The translations under genes and the position numbers were made by a program. From Clostridiales bacterium (GTDB lineage: Bacteria; Bacillota; Clostridia; Oscillospirales; CAG-272): a stretch of DNA of 64,000 bases. Where the stretch lies: the NCBI GenBank assembly GCA_012840355.1, contig DULN01000009.1, positions 134,414 through 198,413 of the forward strand, read 5' to 3'. Under the pieces are notes generated by a model that was given only the letters and a program-made list of their open reading frames with translations, was not told where the DNA came from and made no database searches. This document shows positions 46,001-53,241 of this stretch, piece by piece (position 1 is the first letter of the stretch; every line of letters starts with the position of its first letter).

Positions 46001-46303
46001 AAGAGGCAGGCAAGACTGCGCAAAGCGGCAAAAAGCAAAGCGAAGCGGCGCGGAGGCTCGCTCGGGATTGCCGACGAGTACACAGCCTCAAAAGGCAAGC
46101 CTTCCGTCCCCGGCGCAGATATTGAGAAATTCGATTTTGCCCGCCTTTTCGACTCCATTCAGCGCGAGGAATTCGGCCCCGGCATGTCCAACGAAGATCT
46201 TAAGGAGTGCGCAAGGTTCCTGCTCGCGCTATCGAATAAGGTCTACAGCGAACTTAACCCGATTTTCAAATTATGGTACAGGCATATTAAGCACACGGTA
46301 TGA
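43094..46303 (+). CDS. Polytopic transglutaminase-like membrane protein (TgpA-like)
   Basis: 1069 aa. Multiple N-terminal TM helices and a Lys-rich loop. Core KEGYCVQFATAAALMLRTLGVPTRY...NAHAWIEVY...GWLTFETTP. A late TM helix is followed by a roughly 210-aa C-terminal domain. Confidence 0.85.
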   Translation: MDKAVKIRKRRSANRAARHEKRKAAQKFLYLPEVQRTKPGTAAIGYICRALTAWIGVWGLLLFLSDAFLFEVDAKFLALASIVPVALLAVALYNGIGTLIMLAGSAASAALYIVLIGKPVEHAVASVLAVYNTIGDRLYALGYRAPIAAEINFSALPVGTEFSDLIRTGLVFLAILLAAIVTLACVKRVHLLPIIITGGSICVLVFTYNLVNRSWGFTLMLTALCGLLVMHAYESFFREVPQPKAKRKRKAKKPSNVAAIAPEAEPEAEGAKTEESKPAEKPRSRWLSGAAKSSAFGGYASLAAMLVAFLVLLIPTMSVRKKWYEIESINSKMEIARQILSSVIVGDVPDFSDLGYLGKMDLLTSRTTTASDRVFTGAKVLEVRTNYNTPVYMRSFVSSKFENDRWLVPSNDEIKEFYSRFGYGFVGERIAKNFFDTINPRLSGISNYTSYSTRYDFGFVTTPVDIKLLSSSGNLLFMPSRYDPDIALLEFAGIEGDAYGEEYSDYSDGIVTTSWFNFNKSYRALSYVQSYRHEKVFANLIALDDYYNLCRDYIERTMADDLYYGEKVKSEILELGLETLAEDNIYERWYAMDEADRGEFYERFILADKYGKYVRDNYTYVPESEAPDIFKLALTALKASHPDLKIDPSKIQQIKIDDGKIYVQTTELNNFTAVSSLGAVSKLSVYDKVMAVIDYLKDNYTYTLTPKDPSSEDLSSVKAFLLDTKEGYCVQFATAAALMLRTLGVPTRYCEGYIAPDFSYEKAYSAEGRYVCTVRDYNAHAWIEVYADDIGWLTFETTPEYYAGMYEHYSLSVDPRTGGYETPEYTEPEDIDIDEEETTKVIDTAKIFAFVIIGLLAAGAIGVGVYFVRKFVLFVRESRYRREMYIETVLRSSPEGLERRYAALAIIDYINAALAAAGLRPRTGELPSEYRERCRRVLLGEEAANEARIKLPGAAGELAEKIIAMFAEWKRQARLRKAAKSKAKRRGGSLGIADEYTASKGKPSVPGADIEKFDFARLFDSIQREEFGPGMSNEDLKECARFLLALSNKVYSELNPIFKLWYRHIKHTV

Positions 46304-46713
46304 CAGATAGCGAAATCATAAACTTGCCCGGCAGCGCGCTTGCCTATCTCGGCGACGCTGTGTTCGAGCTTACCGTCCGGCACGCGCTGCTCGAGCGCGG
46401 GCTTACCGGGCCCGGAAATCTTAACAGGGAAGCGCTGCATTACGTCACCGCGGTCGCGCAAAGCCGCGCTGCTCAGAAAATTTTGCCGATGCTCTCGCCA
46501 GAGGAGGCTGACGTTTTCAGGCGCGGGCGCAACACCGGCGACCTCACTCCCCCTAAGTCGGCGACCCATGGCGAATACCGCCGCGCAACCGGCCTTGAAG
46601 CGCTTTTCGGCTACCTTTACCTGAAAGGGGAATTTACGCGCATAAAGCAGCTTTTCGAGGCTGGCTTTTCCGAAAGCGACTGCGAAGTAAAAAACAACGG
46701 CACAGGGAAATAA
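46300..46713 (+). CDS. mrnC: Mini-ribonuclease III
   Basis: 137 aa. LAYLGDAVFELTVRHALL. ATGA overlap with the preceding gene. Confidence 0.85.
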   Translation: MTDSEIINLPGSALAYLGDAVFELTVRHALLERGLTGPGNLNREALHYVTAVAQSRAAQKILPMLSPEEADVFRRGRNTGDLTPPKSATHGEYRRATGLEALFGYLYLKGEFTRIKQLFEAGFSESDCEVKNNGTGK

Positions 46714-46718
46714 TCAAA

Positions 46719-47894
46719 ATGTCCGAACGCAGAATTAAAAAACAAAAAGGCGAAAAAATAAAAGTACTTACTGTTTTCGGCACAAGGCCGGAAGCGGTTA
46801 AAATGTGCCCGCTCGCGCGGCTTCTTCACTCCGACCCGCGGTTTGAGCATAAAGTGCTTGTCACCGCCCAACACCGCGTGCTTCTCGACTCGGTTCTCGA
46901 GATTTTTCGCGTGGTACCGGATTACGACCTCAACCTAATGCGTGTGGGGCAGACTCTTGCAGAGATTACATCCGGCGTTATAGAGGGCGTTTTTGGCATA
47001 CTAGGAGAATATACGCCCGATATCGTGCTAGTCCACGGCGACACCACCACCAGCTTTGCCGCAGCGCTCGCGGCGTTTTACCGTAAGGTACCGGTGGGAC
47101 ATGTCGAAGCAGGGCTGCGTACATGGGATAGGTACTCGCCATTCCCCGAGGAGATGAACCGTACGCTGACCGCCCGGCTTGCGACTTTGCATTTTGCGCC
47201 GACCAATGACAGCAAAGCCAACCTAGAGCGCGAAGGGATTACCGAAAACGTCTATGTAACAGGCAACACCGCGCTAGACGCGTTCTCCTATACGGTATCG
47301 GAAAGCTACACATTCAAAAGCGACGCGCTGAGGGACTTGCTCACTCGCGGAGGTAACGAAAAGCTTGTCGTCATGACCGCACATCGGCGAGAGAATCTCG
47401 ACGGCGGCATCGCGTCAATCTGCCGAGCCGTAAAGCGGCTCGCAATCGCGCATCCAGAGCTACGGTTTATTTACCCCATGCACCCGAACCCTGCGGTCAG
47501 GAATGCCGCGCTGCCCGTTTTGCAAGGCTTGCCGAACGTGACGCTTTGCGAGCCGGTTGACGTTACAGATATGCACAACCTGCTCGCACGCGCGTGGCTT
47601 TGCCTTACAGATTCAGGCGGGCTGCAGGAGGAAGCGCCCTCGTTTGGGCTACCGGTGCTGCTTTTGCGCAGCGAGACCGAGCGCCCTGAAGCTGTACGCG
47701 CCGGCACCGTCGAAGTAGTCGGCACCGACGAAGACAATGTCGTCGCCGCCGTGGAACGGCTGCTTTACGACACCGAGCGATATGAACGAATGAGCCGCGC
47801 GAAAAACCCATACGGCGACGGGCATGCATCCGAGAGGATCGTCGAAATTATCCACCGTTATTTTTCGGAGGATGCAAAAAATGAAGTTTATTGA
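46719..47894 (+). CDS. wecB: UDP-N-acetylglucosamine 2-epimerase (non-hydrolysing)
   Basis: 391 aa. KVLTVFGTRPEAVKM, VHGDTTT, HVEAGLRT. Confidence 0.9.
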   Translation: MSERRIKKQKGEKIKVLTVFGTRPEAVKMCPLARLLHSDPRFEHKVLVTAQHRVLLDSVLEIFRVVPDYDLNLMRVGQTLAEITSGVIEGVFGILGEYTPDIVLVHGDTTTSFAAALAAFYRKVPVGHVEAGLRTWDRYSPFPEEMNRTLTARLATLHFAPTNDSKANLEREGITENVYVTGNTALDAFSYTVSESYTFKSDALRDLLTRGGNEKLVVMTAHRRENLDGGIASICRAVKRLAIAHPELRFIYPMHPNPAVRNAALPVLQGLPNVTLCEPVDVTDMHNLLARAWLCLTDSGGLQEEAPSFGLPVLLLRSETERPEAVRAGTVEVVGTDEDNVVAAVERLLYDTERYERMSRAKNPYGDGHASERIVEIIHRYFSEDAKNEVY

Positions 47895-48444
47895 CGAGTT
47901 TAAAAACTTTGCCTTTAAAGGGAATGTTTTAGACTTGGCAGTCGGCGTTGTCATTGGCAGTGCCTTCTCGGGAGTTGTAAACGCGCTTGTCAATTACGTT
48001 ATTATGCCGCTGATCTCTTTTGGGACTGCGGGTATCGACTTTACCGATATGAAGATCGTTCTGCGCCCCGCGACGGCGGATACCGCCGAGTGCGCCATCG
48101 GGTACGGCCAGCTTATCCAAAGTATTATATATTTCTTGCTTGTTTCCCTTGCGTTGTTTTTAACGCTTAAATTAATTTTTAGTATCCGTAAAAAGCTCGA
48201 CGCCGCCGCTGCCGCAGCCGCGGCAAGGCTTAAAAAGCCCGGGCAGCCGCCGGCAGCCCCGGCGCCAGCAGGAGCCGCAGCCGCTCAGCCGGCGCAGCCT
48301 ACACCGGAGCAGGCAGCCCAGCAAGCTGCAATAGATACCGCAACCAAAGCGGCAGCTATTGAAGCGCGCGAAGCCAAAATCGAAATGCTGCTTGCCGAAA
48401 TCCGCGATATCCTAAAAAACCAAAACAATCAGCAAGGTATTTAA
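47881..48444 (+). CDS. mscL: Large-conductance mechanosensitive channel with an extended Ala/Pro/Gln-rich C-terminus
   Basis: MKFIDEFKNFAFKGNVLDLAVGVVIGSAF. GGAGG RBS upstream of the ATG at 47881. The ORF-track N-terminal extension is rejected. Confidence 0.9.
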   Translation: MKFIDEFKNFAFKGNVLDLAVGVVIGSAFSGVVNALVNYVIMPLISFGTAGIDFTDMKIVLRPATADTAECAIGYGQLIQSIIYFLLVSLALFLTLKLIFSIRKKLDAAAAAAAARLKKPGQPPAAPAPAGAAAAQPAQPTPEQAAQQAAIDTATKAAAIEAREAKIEMLLAEIRDILKNQNNQQGI

Positions 48445-48482
48445 AAAATTCACCATAAATCTAAAAAACGGGAGAAGAGCGT

Positions 48483-49439
48483 ATGTACTATCTTGGAATC
48501 GATCTTGGCGGAACCAACATCGCCATAGGCGTTGTTGACGAAAACAACCAAATCGTTATAAAAGACAGCGTGCCGACTAAGGCTCAACGCCCGCCGGAAG
48601 AAATCGTCATTGACATGGCAAAGCTTTGCCGCGACCTTCTCGAGCGCGCAAATATCCCGCTCTCTGAAGTCGCATATGCCGGCATCGCCGCGCCGGGCAG
48701 CATTGACCCCGAAAAAGGCGTCGTCATTTACGCCAACAACCTCCCCTTCCGCGATTTCCCAATCGCCGACCTGCTCCGCAAGCACCTGCCGATTGAAAAA
48801 GTCTACCTCGACAACGACGCCAACGCCGCGGCATACGGCGAGGCGATCGCCGGTGCGGCACGCGGCTGCAGGTATGCCGTTATGATCACTCTCGGCACCG
48901 GCCTCGGCGGTGGCATAGTTATCGACGGCAAGATTTACTCGGGCTTCAACTACGCTGGCGGCGAACTTGGCCATATCGTCATCGAATATGACGGCGTGCC
49001 CTGCACCTGCGGGCGCAAAGGTTGCTGGGAGTCCTACAGCTCCGCTACCGGTCTTATTCGCATGACAAAAGAGAAGATGGCCGAAACCAAAGAAACCCTC
49101 ATGTGGGAGCTTGCTGAAGGCTCGCTTGACAATGTCAGCGGCAAGACAGCTTTTGCCGCAATGAAGCAGGGCGACAAGGCAGCCACCGAAGTCGTCGACA
49201 AATACATCTCTTACCTTGCTTGCGGCGTTACGAACATAATTAACATTTTCCAGCCTGAAGTTCTCTGCATCGGCGGCGGCATTTGCCGCGAGGGCGACTA
49301 CCTTGTAAAACCCCTGCTTGAAAAAGTAAGCGCCGAGCAGTATACCCGCAGCCTTAAAAAGCAGACTGAGATTAAGATTGCTGAGCTTGGCAATGACGCC
49401 GGCATAATCGGCGCTGCAGCGCTTGGTAAGCAGCAGTAA
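48483..49439 (+). CDS. glcK: ROK family glucokinase
   Basis: 318 aa. YYLGIDLGGTNI and Zn motif CTCGRKGCWE. Confidence 0.85.
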   Translation: MYYLGIDLGGTNIAIGVVDENNQIVIKDSVPTKAQRPPEEIVIDMAKLCRDLLERANIPLSEVAYAGIAAPGSIDPEKGVVIYANNLPFRDFPIADLLRKHLPIEKVYLDNDANAAAYGEAIAGAARGCRYAVMITLGTGLGGGIVIDGKIYSGFNYAGGELGHIVIEYDGVPCTCGRKGCWESYSSATGLIRMTKEKMAETKETLMWELAEGSLDNVSGKTAFAAMKQGDKAATEVVDKYISYLACGVTNIINIFQPEVLCIGGGICREGDYLVKPLLEKVSAEQYTRSLKKQTEIKIAELGNDAGIIGAAALGKQQ

Positions 49440-49461
49440 ATAAATAAGTTTAACATAAAAA

Positions 49462-49488
49462 ATGCCGACGGACCTAATCCGTCGGCAT
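49462..49488 (+). terminator. Rho-independent terminator after the glucokinase gene
   Basis: 11-bp stem ATGCCGACGGA / TCCGTCGGCAT with a 5-nt loop, followed by ACCAATTTTGTT. Confidence 0.6.
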
Positions 49489-49605
49489 ACCAATTTTGTT
49501 GGTATTGGTGTTTTTATTCTCTGTTGTTTCGTAATCACAAAATGTGCTGGTAAACACGGATGAAACCGTAATGGAGAGCACGAGACAACCGGTAAAGAAA
49601 GGTTA

Positions 49606-49646
49606 TAAAAAACTCCTGTCTGGTTTTTGCCAAGCAGGAGTTTTTT
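49606..49646. terminator. Bidirectional hairpin downstream of rnfB
   Basis: CTCCTG(49613-49618)...CAGGAG(49635-49640), flanked by A6 and T6 runs. Confidence 0.5.
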
Positions 49647-49714
49647 GCCTTTTCATACTCCGCACCGCATGGCAGCGGATGCTTCCCGCTGCTTTTGTCG
49701 GGCGGATATGTATT

Positions 49715-50539
49715 TTATGCAGTTTTCGCGCGCGGGTCCCGGCTGTGTAGAATTATTTTGCGCGGGCACTTTAGCACGCATTTGCCGCAGGAAGTGCATT
49801 TTGAGTAGTCAATCTCAGCTAGGTTATTTTTAACATGTATTGCGTCGTACTCGCAAACTTTTTCGCACAGCTTGCATGCTATGCAGCCGACGTCGCAATA
49901 CGAACGGGTCATCTTGCCGTCGTCGGTGCTATTGCAGCTCACCCAGTGGTCGCTTTCATATGGCACAAGCTTTATAACATGTTTTGGGCAAGCGCTTGCG
50001 CACACACCACAGCCCCTGCAGCGCTTATAGTCGACGACTGCGACGCCGTCCTTTATATCAATGGCGCCAAACTTGCACGCCGCCATGCAAGTCCCATGCC
50101 CGATACAGCCGTAAGGGCAAAGCTTGTCGCCGCCTGCAAGCTTCATCGCCACGTTGCAGTCCATCGGGCCGCTATAGTTATATTTCAGCCTCGCTTTACC
50201 TTGCGTGCCGCTGCACATCACCTGCGCGCGCATACGCCTCGGCGCGACTGCAGGCACGCCCATTATCTCAGCCACCGCCTGCGCTGTTTCAAGCCCGCCC
50301 GCGGTGCAGGCGTTCGGCGGAGCATCGCCTTTTGCAATGGCTACGGCGAGCGCCTCGCAGCCTGCATACCCGCAGCCGCCGCAGTTTGCGGCAGGCAAAA
50401 CCGATACTATTTTTTCAACCCGCGAGTCTACCTTTATCGCAAAAATCTTCGACGCCAGCGCAAGCATTGCGCCCATTGCCGCGCCTAGCACAATAAACCA
50501 TACAAAAGCCCATATTATATTTGAATAGTCCATTTGCAA
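49715..50539 (-). CDS. rnfB: Rnf complex subunit B (polyferredoxin)
   Basis: 274 aa. N-terminal TM helix, CGGCGYAGC cluster, and several CxxCxxCxxxCP motifs. Confidence 0.9.
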   Translation of the reverse strand: MQMDYSNIIWAFVWFIVLGAAMGAMLALASKIFAIKVDSRVEKIVSVLPAANCGGCGYAGCEALAVAIAKGDAPPNACTAGGLETAQAVAEIMGVPAVAPRRMRAQVMCSGTQGKARLKYNYSGPMDCNVAMKLAGGDKLCPYGCIGHGTCMAACKFGAIDIKDGVAVVDYKRCRGCGVCASACPKHVIKLVPYESDHWVSCNSTDDGKMTRSYCDVGCIACKLCEKVCEYDAIHVKNNLAEIDYSKCTSCGKCVLKCPRKIILHSRDPRAKTA

Positions 50540-50567
50540 TTATCCTTTAACATTTGAATTAAACCGG

Positions 50568-51152
50568 CTACGTTCCGAGGTTGACGCTCGAAAAGCCGGA
50601 AAAAGCCATGGCGATAAGGCCGGCTGTCACCAGCGCTATAGGGATGCCCCTAAACGAGCGCGGCGGGTTTGCGACTGCAACTCTCTCACGAACGCCGGCA
50701 AATATCACGATAGCGAGCGTAAAGCCAACGGCTGCTGAAAACCCGAAGACTACCGATTTTATAAAGTTATAGCCATACTCGACGTTGAGCAGCGAGACAC
50801 CGAGCACCGCGCAGTTCGTCGTTATCAGCGGCAGGTAAATCCCAAGCGCGCTATAAAGCGCCGGCACATACTTGCGAAGAAACATCTCGATAAGCTGCAC
50901 GAGCGAGGCGATGACGAGTATGAAGGCAATGGTTTTAAGATACTCAAGCCCGAACGGCACAAGTATCAGGTTATAAATAACGTTTGTCGCCGCGCTGGCA
51001 ATCGTCATGACGAATATGACCGAGCAGCCCATACCCAGCGCGGTCTGGGGTTTTTCGGACACCCCCAAAAACGGGCAGATGCCTAAAAAGCGCGTAAATA
51101 TAAAGTTTTCCACCAAAATGGCGCTAAACATTAGTAGCAGTATATCTGTCAT
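50568..51152 (-). CDS. rnfA: Rnf complex subunit A
   Basis: 194 aa polytopic protein. ENFIFTRFLGICPFLG. Confidence 0.9.
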   Translation of the reverse strand: MTDILLLMFSAILVENFIFTRFLGICPFLGVSEKPQTALGMGCSVIFVMTIASAATNVIYNLILVPFGLEYLKTIAFILVIASLVQLIEMFLRKYVPALYSALGIYLPLITTNCAVLGVSLLNVEYGYNFIKSVVFGFSAAVGFTLAIVIFAGVRERVAVANPPRSFRGIPIALVTAGLIAMAFSGFSSVNLGT

Positions 51153-51919
51153 TTGCCTTCATCCTCCCCTGTGCCCGCGACAAACTCAAGGTCGCCCGCA
51201 TGCGGCGGCACGCCTCCGCCAAGCGCGGCGTCCTCGGCTATCTCGTCGGCAAGCGTTTTGTCAAGCTGCTTTTTGCGCCTGCGCTCGGCAAGCTCTAGCA
51301 GTTTGTGAACTGCAGCGATTATAAACCCAAGCGTCAAAAACGCGCCGGGCGGCATTATAAACATCAGCACGGGCTTATACCCATCGCCGAAAACATTGTA
51401 GCCAAACAGCGTCCCCGAACCAACCAGCTCGCGAACCGATGCGAGAATTGTCAGCGCAAGCGTAAATCCAAGCCCCATCGACAAGCCGTCGATAACCGAA
51501 GGCAGCACGGGGTTCTTTGAGGCAAACGCTTCGGCGCGCGCGAGTATTATGCAGTTGACGACTATAAGCGGGATAAAGACGCCGAGCGCGGCGTCGAGCT
51601 CCGGCAGAAATGCTTTTATAAGCAGGTCCACCGCTGTGACAAATCCCGAAATTATGACTATATACGCCGCTATCCTAACCTGTGGCGGAATCAGCTTTCG
51701 CAAGAGCGATATAAAGAGGTTCGAGAACATAAGCACGAGCGTCGCAGCAATGCCCATACCGATTGCGTTTTCAACCGATGTGGTCGTCGCAAGCGTCGGG
51801 CACGTCCCAAGCAGCTGTACAAGTGTCGGGTTGTTATCTATAAGGCCGCCGCGCAGCTGATGTACAAGCATTTCTATTGAGTAGTATTTTGCGGCTTTTT
51901 TGTTTTGGCTAGTCATCAC
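51149..51919 (-). CDS. rnfE: Rnf complex subunit E (with a charged C-terminal tail)
   Basis: 256 aa. NNPTLVQLLGTCPTLA. AAGGAGG RBS. An extra roughly 45-aa acidic/basic C-terminal tail. Confidence 0.9.
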   Translation of the reverse strand: MMTSQNKKAAKYYSIEMLVHQLRGGLIDNNPTLVQLLGTCPTLATTTSVENAIGMGIAATLVLMFSNLFISLLRKLIPPQVRIAAYIVIISGFVTAVDLLIKAFLPELDAALGVFIPLIVVNCIILARAEAFASKNPVLPSVIDGLSMGLGFTLALTILASVRELVGSGTLFGYNVFGDGYKPVLMFIMPPGAFLTLGFIIAAVHKLLELAERRRKKQLDKTLADEIAEDAALGGGVPPHAGDLEFVAGTGEDEGK

Positions 51920-51930
51920 GCGCCGCCTCC

Positions 51931-53241
51931 TTACGAGTTATGTGTAGCGGAGGCTTCGGCATCGGCATGTGCAGTCGCCGCAGCTTCCGCATCGGTATTA
52001 GTGTCGTTGCCGGTTGCAGACGCTTCCGCGTCGGCTTCTACGCTAGCCGAGGCTTCAGCATCGGTCTGTGCAGCCGAAGCTTCCGTTTCCACAGTAGCAT
52101 GTGCCTCGCCGTCTGTCTCAGGCGTCGCATGGGCTTCACCGTCAGTTTCGGCAGGAGCCTCACCACCGGTTTGCGCCTCGCCTTCAGGCGACGCATGTGC
52201 TTCGCCGTCGGTTTCAGTCGTGGCATGTGCTTCGCCGTCGGTTTCGGGCGTAGCCGTCGACTCGCCATCCGTTTCAGGCGACGCATGGGCTTCGCCATCG
52301 GTTTCCTTTGTAGCCGACGCTTCTTCGTCAATTTCAACAGGATCGGAAATCTTCGCAATCTCTTCGAGCGCCGCTTTGACTCCGCTGAAGACCGCCTTAG
52401 ACGATATCGTCGCGCCGGCAAGCGCGTTAACACCCTCGCCGAACGTCATTTCCTTTGTCTTGCCGACAAACTGCCATAAGAACGACTCGCTGTCGACGCG
52501 CGTGCCAACGCCAGGCGTATCGCCCACGCTGAGCACCTTTACGCCTTTGACCCTATGGCCTGCCGACACGCCTACCGCAAGAGAAATTGAACTCTTAAAT
52601 CCTTTCGGCGAGGCGAAAACGCAATAGCCAATGGTTGTATCGCCCCTCTTTACGGCAGTTATGCTCGTGACAGGGTCCGCGAACACGCCTTCGATTTCTT
52701 CGGTCGAGTCAAAATCGCTGAAAATCGCCGAGATCGCAGCATCCATTTCGCGCCGCCGGTTTTCGGCGATTTTATCTGCCGTTATCGCGTTGACAATAGC
52801 CAAAAGCAGCGCGATGCAGGCGCAAATAACCGTAAGCGTGCCGCCTACTCGCAGATAGTAGGCAAGCTCGCTTTTGGGCTTTGCGCCTTCTTTCCTTTTT
52901 TCCTCTTCCTTTATATCTTTAGCGTTTTCCTCGGCAGCGCGCATTAGGATTTGCTCGCCCGGAGTAAGGTTTTCGGCAAGCTCTTCTGCAGCATTCTCTC
53001 CATCGCCTTTGCCGTCACCAGGCTCGCCGCCATCCTGCCCGCCTGCCCGGCCTTCGGATATCATCGCCTCGCCCTCGGCGCTGCTACTTATGCTCGTCTG
53101 GTATGCGGCGCCTTCGGCATTTGTGCCTTTGTTTTGGATGTTTTCCGGCTGCTTTTTTTCAATCACGCCCTGCTGAGCGGAGTCCGAGGCGCTTGTATTA
53201 TTATCATTTTCAGGCGGGAGCATGTTTTCATTTTCTTTCAT
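51931..53241 (-). CDS. rnfG: Rnf complex subunit G (FMN-binding) with long acidic N- and C-terminal extensions
   Basis: 436 aa from the ATG at 53241 (ATGA overlap with the rnfD stop). One TM helix (LRVGGTLTVICACIALLLAIV). FMN_bind core with flavinylation motif LAGATISS. C-terminal ETDGEAHA(S/T)P repeats. Confidence 0.85.
   Translation of the reverse strand: MKENENMLPPENDNNTSASDSAQQGVIEKKQPENIQNKGTNAEGAAYQTSISSSAEGEAMISEGRAGGQDGGEPGDGKGDGENAAEELAENLTPGEQILMRAAEENAKDIKEEEKRKEGAKPKSELAYYLRVGGTLTVICACIALLLAIVNAITADKIAENRRREMDAAISAIFSDFDSTEEIEGVFADPVTSITAVKRGDTTIGYCVFASPKGFKSSISLAVGVSAGHRVKGVKVLSVGDTPGVGTRVDSESFLWQFVGKTKEMTFGEGVNALAGATISSKAVFSGVKAALEEIAKISDPVEIDEEASATKETDGEAHASPETDGESTATPETDGEAHATTETDGEAHASPEGEAQTGGEAPAETDGEAHATPETDGEAHATVETEASAAQTDAEASASVEADAEASATGNDTNTDAEAAATAHADAEASATHNS
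52090..52335 (-). repeat. Imperfect 30-nt tandem repeats (about 8 units) inside rnfG
   Basis: Units end in gtttc. For example, 52186-52215 is aggcgacgcatgtgcttcgccgtcggtttc and 52216-52245 is agtcgtggcatgtgcttcgccgtcggtttc. They are in frame and encode (P/T)ETDGEAHA(S/T). Confidence 0.85.

Noticed and set aside
48450-49538. 362-aa minus-strand ORF.
   Set aside because: It is antisense to the ROK glucokinase (DLGGTN and Zn-Cys motifs). It has no motif of its own and would leave no room for the glucokinase terminator.
52090-52335. Regular 30-nt repeats, considered as a possible CRISPR array.
   Set aside because: The units are contiguous with no unique spacers, are imperfect, lie in frame inside rnfG, and no cas genes are present.
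51905-52627. 240-aa Ala/Ser-rich plus-strand ORF, with 179-aa and 131-aa neighbours.
   Set aside because: They are antisense or alternate-frame readings of the rnfG repeat region. The rnfG frame continues into a bona fide FMN-binding domain.
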